NCBI GenBank assembly: GCA_963732475.1
Contig: CAVSZR010000001.1
Span: 11,631-75,630 of the forward strand
From: Blastocatellia bacterium
GTDB taxonomy: Bacteria > Acidobacteriota > Blastocatellia > Pyrinomonadales > Pyrinomonadaceae
DNA length: 64,000 nt
Reading direction: 5' to 3'
The number at the start of each line of letters is the position of its first letter. Position 1 is the first letter of the stretch. Below the pieces are notes generated by a model, which ran no database searches, was not told where the DNA came from, and saw only the letters and a list, made by a program, of their open reading frames with translations. The position numbers and the translations under genes are program-made. Positions 41,708 to 51,046 of this stretch are shown here, piece after piece.

Positions 41708-42789
41708 CTGATCATTCAGCTTACATCAAGGCTCGCGACCTGGTGCTCCAATATGGCTGGAATACCACGTGCTTTCAGATAGTAAATCCGGGGATCGAAT
41801 ACTGGTTCGGCGATGATTACGAGTCAGTCGTTGGTTATGTGACATCCGGTAAGTCGCGGGTTGTGGCGGGAGCACCTGTTTGCGGCGAGGAAAGTTTGCC
41901 GGATGTTGTTGGCGCTTTTGAAAATGACGCTCGGGCCAATGGCCTGGGCGTTTGTTATTTTGGGGCTGAGGCACGGCTTGAAGGCGTGTTGCGCGACTCG
42001 GAGAAACATTCGCGTGTGCTGCTCGGGGCCCAGCCGGTTTGGCATCCGGCGAACTGGACGCAGGTCATGGCTCGGCGAGCTTCGCTACGGGCGCAATTCA
42101 ACCGGGCGCGGAACAAGGGCGTAACGATCAACGAATGGAGTATTGCAAGGGCTACGAATAATCCCGCGTTAAAGGAATGCCTCGACGCGTGGTTTACGCT
42201 GAAGGGATTGCCGCCGCTCCATTTCGTGATCGAACCCGACACTTTGGGCCGGCTTGAGAACCGGCGGATATTTGTCGCCGAGCATGGCTCGCGGGTCGGA
42301 GCATTCCTCGTGCTTTCGCCGATCCCAGGACGCAACGGTTGGCTCACCGAACAGTTTCCGCACCACCCGAAAGCCCCGAACGGCACCGTCGAATTGATGA
42401 TGGACACGGCGATTCGCGTGCTGGCCGAAGAAGGATTTGATTATGTGACGCTCGGTCTTTCGCCGCTGTCAAAACGGGCTAGTATCGAAAAATTCGATAA
42501 TCCGGTCTGGCTTCGCGGCCTGCTTGCGTGGATGCGAAAACACGGCCAGAGATTCTATAATTTCGACGGACTCGACGCATTCAAATCGAAGATGACGCCG
42601 GAACGCTGGGAGCCGGTTTTCGCCATTTCGAACGAACCGAAGTTTTCGGGGAGCACGCTTTATTCCATAGCTCTTGCGTTTACGGAGAACAGGCCATTCC
42701 ATGTGATCGCGGGCGGCTTGAGGAAAGCGGTGGGAACTGAGCTTCGGATGTTCGGACGAATGCTAAGAAAACCGTTCGGCGCTGACTAA
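41704..42789 (+). CDS. DUF2156 (aminoacyl-phosphatidylglycerol synthase C-terminal-like) domain protein
   Basis: A 361-aa soluble protein resembling the MprF/LysX synthase domain (YFGAEARL..., FYNFDGLDAFKSKMTPERWEPVF). It has no flippase TM domain. Its start overlaps the ABC1 stop. Confidence 0.6.
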   Translation: MTDHSAYIKARDLVLQYGWNTTCFQIVNPGIEYWFGDDYESVVGYVTSGKSRVVAGAPVCGEESLPDVVGAFENDARANGLGVCYFGAEARLEGVLRDSEKHSRVLLGAQPVWHPANWTQVMARRASLRAQFNRARNKGVTINEWSIARATNNPALKECLDAWFTLKGLPPLHFVIEPDTLGRLENRRIFVAEHGSRVGAFLVLSPIPGRNGWLTEQFPHHPKAPNGTVELMMDTAIRVLAEEGFDYVTLGLSPLSKRASIEKFDNPVWLRGLLAWMRKHGQRFYNFDGLDAFKSKMTPERWEPVFAISNEPKFSGSTLYSIALAFTENRPFHVIAGGLRKAVGTELRMFGRMLRKPFGAD

Positions 42790-42795
42790 AAAAAG

Positions 42796-43515
42796 GTGAA
42801 AACGTCTCTTCAAACGGTTATTCTCATTCTGCTTATCGCACCAATTTCCGGTATCCTTGCACAAAATATGCCCCCCACGCCCAAATCAGAAATTAGGATC
42901 GAATTCATTGAAAACGAGTTGTCGCCTGAGGCTTGGCTAAGCATTGTGAAAGCGAAGGCTACTGACATTAAGAGATATTGGTCCGGTAAGCGTGCACCAA
43001 TCGGCCGTCATTTCAATGCTAGGTTTCTGTGGTCTAAGGCCGCATTGTATGTGCTGTTTGAGGCCAATCAGCGTGAGCCACTAATTGTTTCCGAAAAACC
43101 GGATATCAGCAAAAAAACGATCGGGCTGTGGGACCGCGATGTTTGCGAGATCTTCATCGCCCCCGACACGAGCGAACCGCGAAAGTATTTTGAATTTGAG
43201 GTTGCTCCGACCGGCGAGTGGGTGGATGTCGCTTTGGATTCGACCAGGGTAGAACGTAAGTCAGATTGGGACTATAAGTCGGAGATGACCGTTTTGTCGG
43301 TCGGCCGTCGTAAAGAAAAGGTTGCGATGCTCATTAAGATACCCTGGACGGCCCTTGGTAAGACGCCTAAAGCGGGTGATGTTTGGCTGGGAAATATTTT
43401 TCGCTGTGTCGGCAAAGACCCGGACCGCGGTTATCTGGCATGGTCGCCGACAATGACAAAGAATCCTGATTTTCACGTGCCGGAGAAATTCGGCCGGTTT
43501 GTATTTGAAAAGTAA
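42796..43515 (+). CDS. carbohydrate-binding family 9-like (DOMON-like) secreted protein
   Basis: It has a signal peptide. RFLWSKAALYVLFEANQRE...LWDRDVCEIFIAPD...YFEFEVAPTGEWVD follows the CBM9-like pattern. Confidence 0.55.
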   Translation: MKTSLQTVILILLIAPISGILAQNMPPTPKSEIRIEFIENELSPEAWLSIVKAKATDIKRYWSGKRAPIGRHFNARFLWSKAALYVLFEANQREPLIVSEKPDISKKTIGLWDRDVCEIFIAPDTSEPRKYFEFEVAPTGEWVDVALDSTRVERKSDWDYKSEMTVLSVGRRKEKVAMLIKIPWTALGKTPKAGDVWLGNIFRCVGKDPDRGYLAWSPTMTKNPDFHVPEKFGRFVFEK

Positions 43516-43550
43516 AAGATGTTATCGCCCCCCTTTGAGTGGGCAGGCTC

Positions 43551-44271
43551 TTATTGAATCACGACGAGTTTCTCGTAAACGATGAACGCACCGAGTCCGA
43601 GGCTGAAAACAGCCTGCGCAGAAGCGGATGCCTTTGTTTAGAATGTCGAAGCGGTCGGCGGTGAAATGGAATGGAAGGCCGATCAGAAAGCTCATCGCCA
43701 TCATTCCGCCGATCGAGCCGATGCCGAAGATCAAAATGTAAAGCAAAGCTACGGCCGACGAGGTGATCGTTGGAAGGATCAACAGCATCAGGGCGGCGCT
43801 TCCGGCGAGTCCATGAACCATTCCGATCAATATAGAACGCGGGCTGAACCTGTGATGCGAGGTTTCGGGTTCCCCGCCGTGGGCATGAATGTGGATGTGC
43901 TCACGCGTTCCATGTTCATGCTTGTGTACGTGGGTTTTGCTTGCCGTAAATAGTTTACGAATGGCGTTGAGTCCGAGAAGGATCAGCATTCCTCCAACAA
44001 CTGCCTCGAGCCGTGCCTCAACCGTTTCCGAGATCTGAACCTTCAGAAGGATAACAAAAGCACCAACGATGAATAGCGAGATCGTATGGCCAAGGCCCCA
44101 AAACCCGCCCACTATCGACGCCGTCAAAAGGCTTTTTTTCTCGCTGACGATAGTCGAAACGGCAGCTAGATGGTCGGCCTCGGTCGCATGCTGAAGACCG
44201 AGAGCAAAGCCGATCGCCAATACCGAAAATGTTGATATGTCCGGGGCTATTTCCATCGTACTGCTAAACAC
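43551..44271 (-). CDS. NicO/RcnA-like nickel/cobalt transporter (frame shift near 43620)
   Basis: GLQHATEADHLAAVS carries the HX4DH-type motif. The loop is His-rich (HVHKHEHGTREHIHIHAHGG). The C-terminus AVFSLGLGAFIVYEKLVVIQ-stop lies in another frame and ends at 43551. Confidence 0.65.
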
Positions 44272-45037
44272 TCATACCACCATCTACCGCGATCGTTTGG
44301 CCGGTTATATAGCTCGACGCATCGGACGCAAGGAAGACCGTGATTCCCTTCAATTCGCCTTCGTATCCGACACGGGGAATGATGTTATTCTCCTGGATCG
44401 AGGTCTCGTAAATATCGATCACGGCATCCGCTAGCCGCGAATGAAAAAAACCCGGGGCGATTGCGTTGACTCGAATACCCTTTCGTCCCCAACTTGCCGC
44501 CAACTCTCTCGTCAAACCTATCAGTCCGGCCTTGCTTGCGACGTAACCGGCGTAAAACGGTCCGTTTGCGGACGATCTGATCCCTGCGATTGAAGCAATA
44601 TTTATTATCGATCCGCTTCCTTGCTTCAGCATTTGGCGTCCGGCAGCCTGGGCAAACAGGAAACAGCCCGTCAGATTAACCTCAAGGACCTGTTTCCAAC
44701 GTTCAAGGGGCATGTCTTCGGGCATTGCTCCCCATGAAATACCAGCGTTGTTTATCAAAATATCTACGCTGCCAAATTTGGCGACGGTCTCATCTACAAC
44801 AGCCTGCACATCTTCAGGCCTGGCCACGTCGCATACTTTTCCGGCTGCATTAAAGTTATTCGCCAAAAATTCGTCAACGGTTTCATCAAGCCATTCCGCC
44901 CGGCGGGCACAAAGCATCAACTTCGCTCCGGCTTCGGCCAAACCGAGAGCCATTTCCTTGCCGATCCCTCGAGAACCGCCGGTGACTATTGCGGTTTTGC
45001 CCGTCAGATCGAAAAGGTCTCGAACATGTTTTCCCAT
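44264..45037 (-). CDS. SDR family oxidoreductase
   Basis: TGGSRGIG, NNAG and YVASKAG (YxxxK) are classical SDR motifs. The ORF is intact at 257 aa. Confidence 0.85.
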   Translation of the reverse strand: MGKHVRDLFDLTGKTAIVTGGSRGIGKEMALGLAEAGAKLMLCARRAEWLDETVDEFLANNFNAAGKVCDVARPEDVQAVVDETVAKFGSVDILINNAGISWGAMPEDMPLERWKQVLEVNLTGCFLFAQAAGRQMLKQGSGSIINIASIAGIRSSANGPFYAGYVASKAGLIGLTRELAASWGRKGIRVNAIAPGFFHSRLADAVIDIYETSIQENNIIPRVGYEGELKGITVFLASDASSYITGQTIAVDGGMSV

Positions 45038-45149
45038 AAGAAATTTATCCGCAGATGAACACAGATTAACACGGTTATCGGAATTATTCTCCCTGTCTTT
45101 TGCTCGCTGGCCAATCTCCCTTTAATTCTCACGGTTCGTTTGATTAAAT

Positions 45150-45950
45150 ATGTGTATGGCGAAAACACAGAAGGAACGCGCATTTTTGCGCGACCTTTAC
45201 ATTAACGAAGAATGGACGCGGCGTTTTACCGAATTGGTAGATAAACACTTTGTCGTAAAAGATGCGAAAAATTTGCTCTACATAAATTCGGGAACCGGCA
45301 ACCACGCTTTTGAATTGAATGAAAAGATAGGAAAAAAGACAGCGATCTTTGCAGTCAGCGACGACGAGCACTTGCTGGTCATATCGAAGGACAAGGCGGC
45401 GGCGATAAAGTCGGAAGTCGATTTTTCAATGATCCCGTTCGACGACGATGCCTTCGATATCGTGTTGGCAGATGCAAGTTTTGTAAAACCGTCGGACATG
45501 GATGGGTTCATCCATGAAGCGGTCCGCGTAGCCAGAACGGAGGGGAAGGTTGCGTTCTTTCTTCCGTCCGCCGGAAGCTTTGGTGAAATATTCTCGCTGC
45601 TCTGGGAGATGCTCTTTGACGAAGGGCTCGGCGAATCCGGCAGGGAGATCGAAGCGATGATCGCTGAAATACCAACCATAAGCAGGTTGGAGGAAATAGC
45701 CGCACGGACCGGTTTAGTGAACGTCGAAGTCTCGAACGCAACTGAGATCTTTGAATTCGAGAACGGAGCTGAATTTATCGGTTCGCCGCTTGTTGCTGAT
45801 TTTCTTTTGCCCCAATGGCTGAAAACGCTGAGCGAAAAAGAAAAAGGACAAGCCTTCAAAAAGCTTGCCCAGTTGATAGATGTCGAGGACGGAAATCTGA
45901 CGTTCAGATTTTCTGTCAAGGCTACCCTGATCACTGGCCAGAAAGCCTGA
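45150..45950 (+). CDS. putative SAM-dependent methyltransferase
   Basis: The weak motif I is LLYINSGTGNHAFEL. An acidic residue (AVSDDE) and FDIVLADASF are spaced as in class I methyltransferases. Confidence 0.5.
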   Translation: MCMAKTQKERAFLRDLYINEEWTRRFTELVDKHFVVKDAKNLLYINSGTGNHAFELNEKIGKKTAIFAVSDDEHLLVISKDKAAAIKSEVDFSMIPFDDDAFDIVLADASFVKPSDMDGFIHEAVRVARTEGKVAFFLPSAGSFGEIFSLLWEMLFDEGLGESGREIEAMIAEIPTISRLEEIAARTGLVNVEVSNATEIFEFENGAEFIGSPLVADFLLPQWLKTLSEKEKGQAFKKLAQLIDVEDGNLTFRFSVKATLITGQKA

Positions 45951-45958
45951 TCGAATGT

Positions 45959-46219
45959 CTAGCTCGTCTTGGCCTCTGTCCGGCGCCTCAGCTCTTCGGC
46001 AAGGGCATCATCGCTCAAAGCCGAAACTTGTGGGGCCGCGGGGCTTGAAAGTTGGGCGTTTTCGGCCTTTTCTTCTTCTTCAGCTTCACGCATGCCGTCC
46101 TTAAAGGCCTTGCGTGTTGCACCCAACGACTTTGCAAGCTGCGGTAGACGCGATGCTCCGAAAAGCAAAAACAGCACGGCTACGATCAATATGATCTCAG
46201 TTGTTCCGAAACTTCCCAT
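45959..46219 (-). CDS. tatA: twin-arginine translocase subunit TatA/E
   Basis: MGSFGTTEIILIVAVLFLLFGASRLPQLAKSLG is the canonical TatA TM plus hinge, followed by an amphipathic helix. Confidence 0.85.
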   Translation of the reverse strand: MGSFGTTEIILIVAVLFLLFGASRLPQLAKSLGATRKAFKDGMREAEEEEKAENAQLSSPAAPQVSALSDDALAEELRRRTEAKTS

Positions 46220-46349
46220 AAATTTTCTCAACCAATATTTTGACGTTAATGCCAGGAAATGAGGCCTGGCTGCAGCAATAGACCTATTCTACCTTAATTG
46301 CGGCACGAATTCTAAACTTTTAAGAACCCGGCCGCCACTGCTATCGGTT

Positions 46350-47300
46350 CTAACCTTTTGTCTTAAACCGGTCCATTGCATCAACGAGGGCCGCTGTTAT
46401 GCCTTTTTCCGAGACGGAATGGCCGGAATCGGGGACGACGATAAACTCGGCTTCGGGAAACGCCCGGTGCAGGTCCCAAGCCGACGTGATCGGGCAGACG
46501 ACATCATACCGGCCCTGTACGATAACCGTCGGGATATGGCGGATCTTATCGACATTCTCGATCAGATAGTTTTCGGTCGGGAAAAACGAGCCGTTCATAA
46601 AATAATGGCACTCGATGCGGGCAAGCGACAATGCTTCGTGGGCACCTTCCCAGTGGTCCATCAGATCCTGATCGGGATACAGTTTCGACGTCGAACCTTC
46701 CCAGGTGCTCCACGCACGTGCGGCCGACAGGCGAACTTCCTCATCCTCACTGATCAGACGCTTGTGATATGCCGTAATAAAATCGCCGCGTTCCGCCTCC
46801 GGGATCTCGTCGCGGTAGCGTTCCCAGAAATCGGGGAAGATCTCGGATGCACCGTATTGATAGAACCACTGGAGCTCTTTCTTCCGCGTCAGGAAAATGC
46901 CGCGAAGTATAAGGCCCAGGCAACGGTCGGGATGCGTCACGCCATACGCAAGGCTCAGCGTGCTGCCCCACGAACCGCCGAAAACATGCCATTTCTCGAT
47001 GCCGAATTTCTCGCGAAGGGCTTCGATATCGTTGATCAGGTCCCAGGTCGTATTTTCACGAAGGTCGGCGTGCGGCGTCGATCTGCCCGAGCCGCGTTGA
47101 TCGAAAAGGACTACGTGATAGACCGCCGGGTCGAAGAACTGCCGGTACATCGGGATCAATCCGCCGCCCGGCCCGCCGTGGAGGAATACAACCGGAATTC
47201 CGTCGGGATTGCCCACACGTTCATAATAAATGTCGTGAATGTCCGAAACTTTCAACATGCCCGAATCAAAGGGCTCGATCTCTGGATAGAGAGTTTTCAT
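46350..47300 (-). CDS. pip: proline iminopeptidase
   Basis: MKTLYPEIEPFDSGMLKVSDIHDIYYERVGNPDGIPVVFLHGGPGGG and the nucleophile elbow GGSWGSTL. Confidence 0.85.
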   Translation of the reverse strand: MKTLYPEIEPFDSGMLKVSDIHDIYYERVGNPDGIPVVFLHGGPGGGLIPMYRQFFDPAVYHVVLFDQRGSGRSTPHADLRENTTWDLINDIEALREKFGIEKWHVFGGSWGSTLSLAYGVTHPDRCLGLILRGIFLTRKKELQWFYQYGASEIFPDFWERYRDEIPEAERGDFITAYHKRLISEDEEVRLSAARAWSTWEGSTSKLYPDQDLMDHWEGAHEALSLARIECHYFMNGSFFPTENYLIENVDKIRHIPTVIVQGRYDVVCPITSAWDLHRAFPEAEFIVVPDSGHSVSEKGITAALVDAMDRFKTKG

Positions 47301-49316
47301 ATAAGGAAAATTGTCGCACCAAAGCTGAAATACCAGCAGCGTCCACAGTTCTTTATGATGCGAAGCGCTCCGGTTTCGTGTTCTTTCATCAGCTTCTGCA
47401 CGTAATCCGCGTTGAACAGTCCCTGTTTGTTCAGCCGCTCGGGCGAGAGCATGTCGTGCATCAGCGGATTCAGGCGTCCTTTCAGCCATTCGGCGATCGG
47501 GATGCCGAAGCCTTTTTTGGGCCGGTGGAGGATGTCGTGCGGGAGCAGGTCTTTCATCGCTTCTTTCAGGATGACCTTGCCGCTTTTGCCTTTTAGTTTG
47601 TATTCGACCGGGATGGAGGCGGCGAACTGGCCGACTCGCGGGTCGAGGAACGGGGCACGCGTTTCGAGGCTGACGGCCATCGCGGCACGGTCGACTTTGG
47701 TCAGGATGTCCTCGGCCAGGTAGAAATTGATGTCGGCGTACTGCGTCTTTTCGATGATGTTCTTGGCGTCGGACGCGTCGACCAATTCGCGAACGCCGCG
47801 GTAGATGTCGGCTTCGGTTTGGGCGAGAACGTCTTTTGTGAAGAGCTTCTCGTGCTGCTCGACCGCGAACGAGCCGAACCAGCCGTGGTGCCGCGTTACG
47901 TCGTCGTGTTTGGCCGAGCGGACAAAGCGTTTCGCCTTGTAATCGAACGACATATTGTTGGTCGAAACCGGCAGGGCATTCACGACTGGTTCGATCAGGC
48001 CTGCTCGCGGAGAACGCCGGAATCGCGTTGTACTTAGCTGCGAGCGTGTGGGCGTAGTACATCGGATAGCCCGCGAAAAGTTCATCTCCGCCGTCGCCGC
48101 CGAGTGCGACCGTTACATGTTTTCTAACGAACTGGGCGAGCAGAAATGTCGGTATCAGCGAGCCGTCTGACATCGGCTCGTCCAGCCATTTGCCGATCTC
48201 GGAGATCAGATCGCCGGCGGTCGTTGCGGAGAGCTTGTCTTCGTAATGCTCGGTGTCGAGGTGCTTTGCGACTTTGCGTGCGTATTTCGATTCGTCAAAG
48301 GAATCTTCTTCGAAGCCGATCGAGAATGTTTTGACGCGTTCGGTCGCGTGCTGCGTTGCGAAAGCGGCGACGGTGGATGAATCGATCCCGCCGGAGAGCA
48401 GGATGCCGAGCGGCACGTCGGAGACGAGCCGCATGCGGACGGCATCTGACAATAAATCTCTCAACTCAACTGCCTTTCCGCTTAGCGTACTTTGCGTCTT
48501 TGCCGGAACGCGGACACTCGTGTTCGCCTCGCCGGTTCCTCCGGCGAGGCTGTCTTGACCGTTCTGAGACTCAAGGCCATTCGCGCTCGTTCGCGTCGAA
48601 GCGACGCTCATGCGGACAGGAGTGTCCGCACTCCAGCTCATATCCCAGTATCTTCGCGTCCGCACCTCGCCGTTTTCAACCGTTAGAACATGTGCGGCCG
48701 GGAGTTTGTGGATGCCTTTGTAGATGGACATCGGGGCCGGGACGTAATCGAAGGAGACGTAGTGGCGGAGGGCGTTGAGGTCGAGTTCGGGTTTGACCGA
48801 CGGGTGAGCGAGGATCGCTTTTGGTTCGGAAGCCCAGATCAGCTTGCCGTCGAACACGCCGTAATACAGCGGCTTTTCGCCGAAGCGGTCGCGGGCGATG
48901 ATGAGCTTTTTCTTTCGCGAATCCCACAGCGAAAAGGCGTACATGCCGTTTATGTGATCGATAAACGCATCGCCGAATTTCTGGTACAGGTGCGGCAATA
49001 TCTCGGTATCGCTTTGCGTGACAAATTTGAATCCGTCCTTTTCCAGCTCGGCCCTGACCTCGCGATAGTTATACAGCTCGCCGTTCATCATCACGATGAC
49101 CGACCTGTCTTCGCTGAACACCGGCTGGTCGCCCGTCTTCAGATCGATGATCGACAACCGCCGCATCCCCAACGCGACCGTCTCATCCGTCCACAACCCC
49201 TCGGAATCCGGCCCGCGATGCACGATAGTCTCACACATCGAGTGCAGCACGGACTCGGCGTTGTGGTTCGGTTTAGTTGTGTCCAGGTTGATCCAACCTG
49301 CTATTCCGCACATCAA
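47297..49316 (-). CDS. asnB: asparagine synthase (glutamine-hydrolysing) (frame shifts near 48000 and 47370)
   Basis: MCGIAGW is the N-terminal Cys nucleophile. SGGIDSS is the PP-loop. The C-terminal half is in ORF 47297..48085. A low-complexity insert lies after residue ~230. Confidence 0.85.
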
Positions 49317-49593
49317 TCTGTACTCTAGAGCTAGTCGATTTCTATTCGAATTCCGCCATCAGTCCTGCACTGATATTCGTCCGTCTCGTCTTTCAGCTCC
49401 ATAACGGGAATGTCGATCGACTGAAGACTCTAACCTCCTGGAATCACTTCATCGAAGTGAGTGCATAATGGGTAATCGATCCTTCGCGAAGTGCCTTAGA
49501 CCTGACATAAACTGCGATAGTCTGCAATCGTCGCGCATCCGAAATACATCGTTGGCCTGTACCGCCTCAAACGTCGCAATACTTTCCACTTAG

Positions 49594-50577
49594 TCAGCAT
49601 CCATCGAAGCCGATCTTCTCCCTCACAGCATATATCGCCTTATCCTGCGACTCGTGATAAGTCCGGACCGACAATTCCGCAAGCAAGCCCATCAGGAAAA
49701 ACTGTACCGAGATCGCGAGCATCACTACGGTGATCACGGGCAGCGGCGTCAGGATGAATGATGTGCCGTAAAATTTCAGAACGATCGCCCAGATGCCGGA
49801 GATGAGCGACAGGAAGAACGCAATCATTCCGAAACTGCCGAAAACGTAGATCGGTTTGGTCTGGTACGACGCCATGAATTTTATGGTCATCAGATCGAAG
49901 ATGACCTTGATGGTACGCGAGATGCCGTATTTTGACTTGCCCATCGTGCGGGCGTGGTGGTCGACGGGGATCTCGGTGACGCGGGCACCGGCCCAGCTTG
50001 CGTAGATCGGGATAAAGCGGTGCATCTCGCCGTAGAGCTTTACGTCCTGGATGACATCGCGGCGATAGGCTTTGAGCGAACAGCCGTAATCGTGCAGTTT
50101 AACGCCGCCGATCCAGGAGATGACGCGGTTGGCAATTTGCGACGGTATCTTTCGCGATATGAGCTTGTCCTGCCGGTTCTTTCGCCAGCCTGAAACGACG
50201 TCGTAGCCTTCGTCGAGCTTGTCAAGCAGACGCTTGATATCCGCCGGGTCGTTCTGGAGATCGGCGTCCATCGGGATAAGGATCTCGCCCTTGGCAGCAT
50301 CGATGCCGGCGGACATTGCGGCCGTCTGTCCGTAGTTTCGTCGAAGCGAGATGACGCGGACGCGGTCGTCCTCGGCGGCGATCTCTTTCAATATCGACAG
50401 GCTATTGTCGGTCGAACCGTCATCAACAAAGATAACCTCCGCCGTCTTGCCCAAAGCGTCGAGAGCAGCCTTGATCTTGGCGTGCATTGGGCGAAGATTT
50501 TCTTCCTCATCCAGCACGGGCAGGAAAAGGGAAAGTTCCGGTGCGGCCAGCTTCTGTTTTGTTTCGGTCGAGTCCAT
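49594..50577 (-). CDS. family 2 glycosyltransferase (polyprenyl-phosphate glycosyltransferase-like)
   Basis: LSLFLPVLDEEENL, FVDDGSTDNS, DADLQNDP and two C-terminal TM helices resemble ArnC/GtrB/DPM1-like enzymes. Confidence 0.85.
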   Translation of the reverse strand: MDSTETKQKLAAPELSLFLPVLDEEENLRPMHAKIKAALDALGKTAEVIFVDDGSTDNSLSILKEIAAEDDRVRVISLRRNYGQTAAMSAGIDAAKGEILIPMDADLQNDPADIKRLLDKLDEGYDVVSGWRKNRQDKLISRKIPSQIANRVISWIGGVKLHDYGCSLKAYRRDVIQDVKLYGEMHRFIPIYASWAGARVTEIPVDHHARTMGKSKYGISRTIKVIFDLMTIKFMASYQTKPIYVFGSFGMIAFFLSLISGIWAIVLKFYGTSFILTPLPVITVVMLAISVQFFLMGLLAELSVRTYHESQDKAIYAVREKIGFDGC

Positions 50578-50671
50578 TTTTGGGTTACAGCTACAAACCT
50601 AATAATTTAGAACTTTCAGACCGGAAAATACAGCCGTCGCCAATTTTGGCTCCATCCGGGCCCATCCCACG

Positions 50672-50858
50672 TGTCCCATGTCCCAGGCTTCCACTCGCGT
50701 ATGACATTTGCCGGTTTCCAGGTAACTGTTCATACTGCATATCTTACGCCAATCCGTCTCAAATTCGGCTGTCCCACGGCGGGACACTTTTGGGACAGTC
50801 TTTTGGACACTTAAAGTATTGTGAACAAAACATTTGTGCGAAAGTGTCCCGGTGTCCC
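50672..50858. repeat. cluster of TGTCCC / GGGACA motifs in divergent intergenic region
   Basis: TGTCCCA is at 50672 and 50679 (tandem). CTGTCCCA is at 50769, GGGACAC at 50781, TGGGACAG at 50791 and TGGACAC at 50804. GTGTCCC is at 50844 and 50852. Confidence 0.6.
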
Positions 50859-50977
50859 GCACATTTTGCTTGTTTCATCGTTCTGACATCAAGTCATAAA
50901 TGAAACGCTAGGTATGGTAGATCAAATACCGCCGTCAGTCAAGAAAAATTGTTGTCGTCGTCCTGGATAGTGAATTA

Positions 50978-51036
50978 ACCACATAGAAACATAGAACACA
51001 TAGTAAAATACCCATGTGAACTAGTCCCTATGTGGT
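50978..51036. repeat. triple-unit hairpin (unit CACATAG)
   Basis: The left arm ACCACATAGAAACATAGAACACATAG and the right arm CCATGTGAACTAGTCCCTATGTGGT form about 20 pairs. The hairpin ends 10 nt before the ATG at 51047. Confidence 0.7.
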
Positions 51037-51046
51037 CAAGAATTTT

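Noticed and set aside
45048-45075. Full triple-unit hairpin downstream of the SDR gene start
   Set aside because: Only the left arm (ATCCGCAGATGAACACAGATTAACACGG) is recognisable, and the expected complementary arm is not present downstream. It is mentioned only as a possible solo or decayed arm.
45278-45934. 218-aa minus-strand ORF
   Set aside because: It lies antisense to the methyltransferase-like gene 45150..45950 and has a Ser-rich shadow composition.
46350-49316. A 988-aa ORF that looks like an asparagine synthase-proline iminopeptidase fusion
   Set aside because: The asnB C-terminus changes frame twice. In the alternative frame it ends ...FLI-TGA at 47297..47299, and this TGA overlaps the pip ATG (47298..47300) in a standard ATGA junction. 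The read-through is most simply a by-product of an indel in the AATTTT run. I call them as two genes.
50487-50903. ORFs 50487..50903 (+, 138 aa) and 50599..50862 (-, 87 aa) in the GT2/asparaginase intergenic region
   Set aside because: They have no ribosome-binding site and no family resemblance. They overlap each other and are built from the TGTCCC/GGGACA motif cluster. I treat the region as non-coding.
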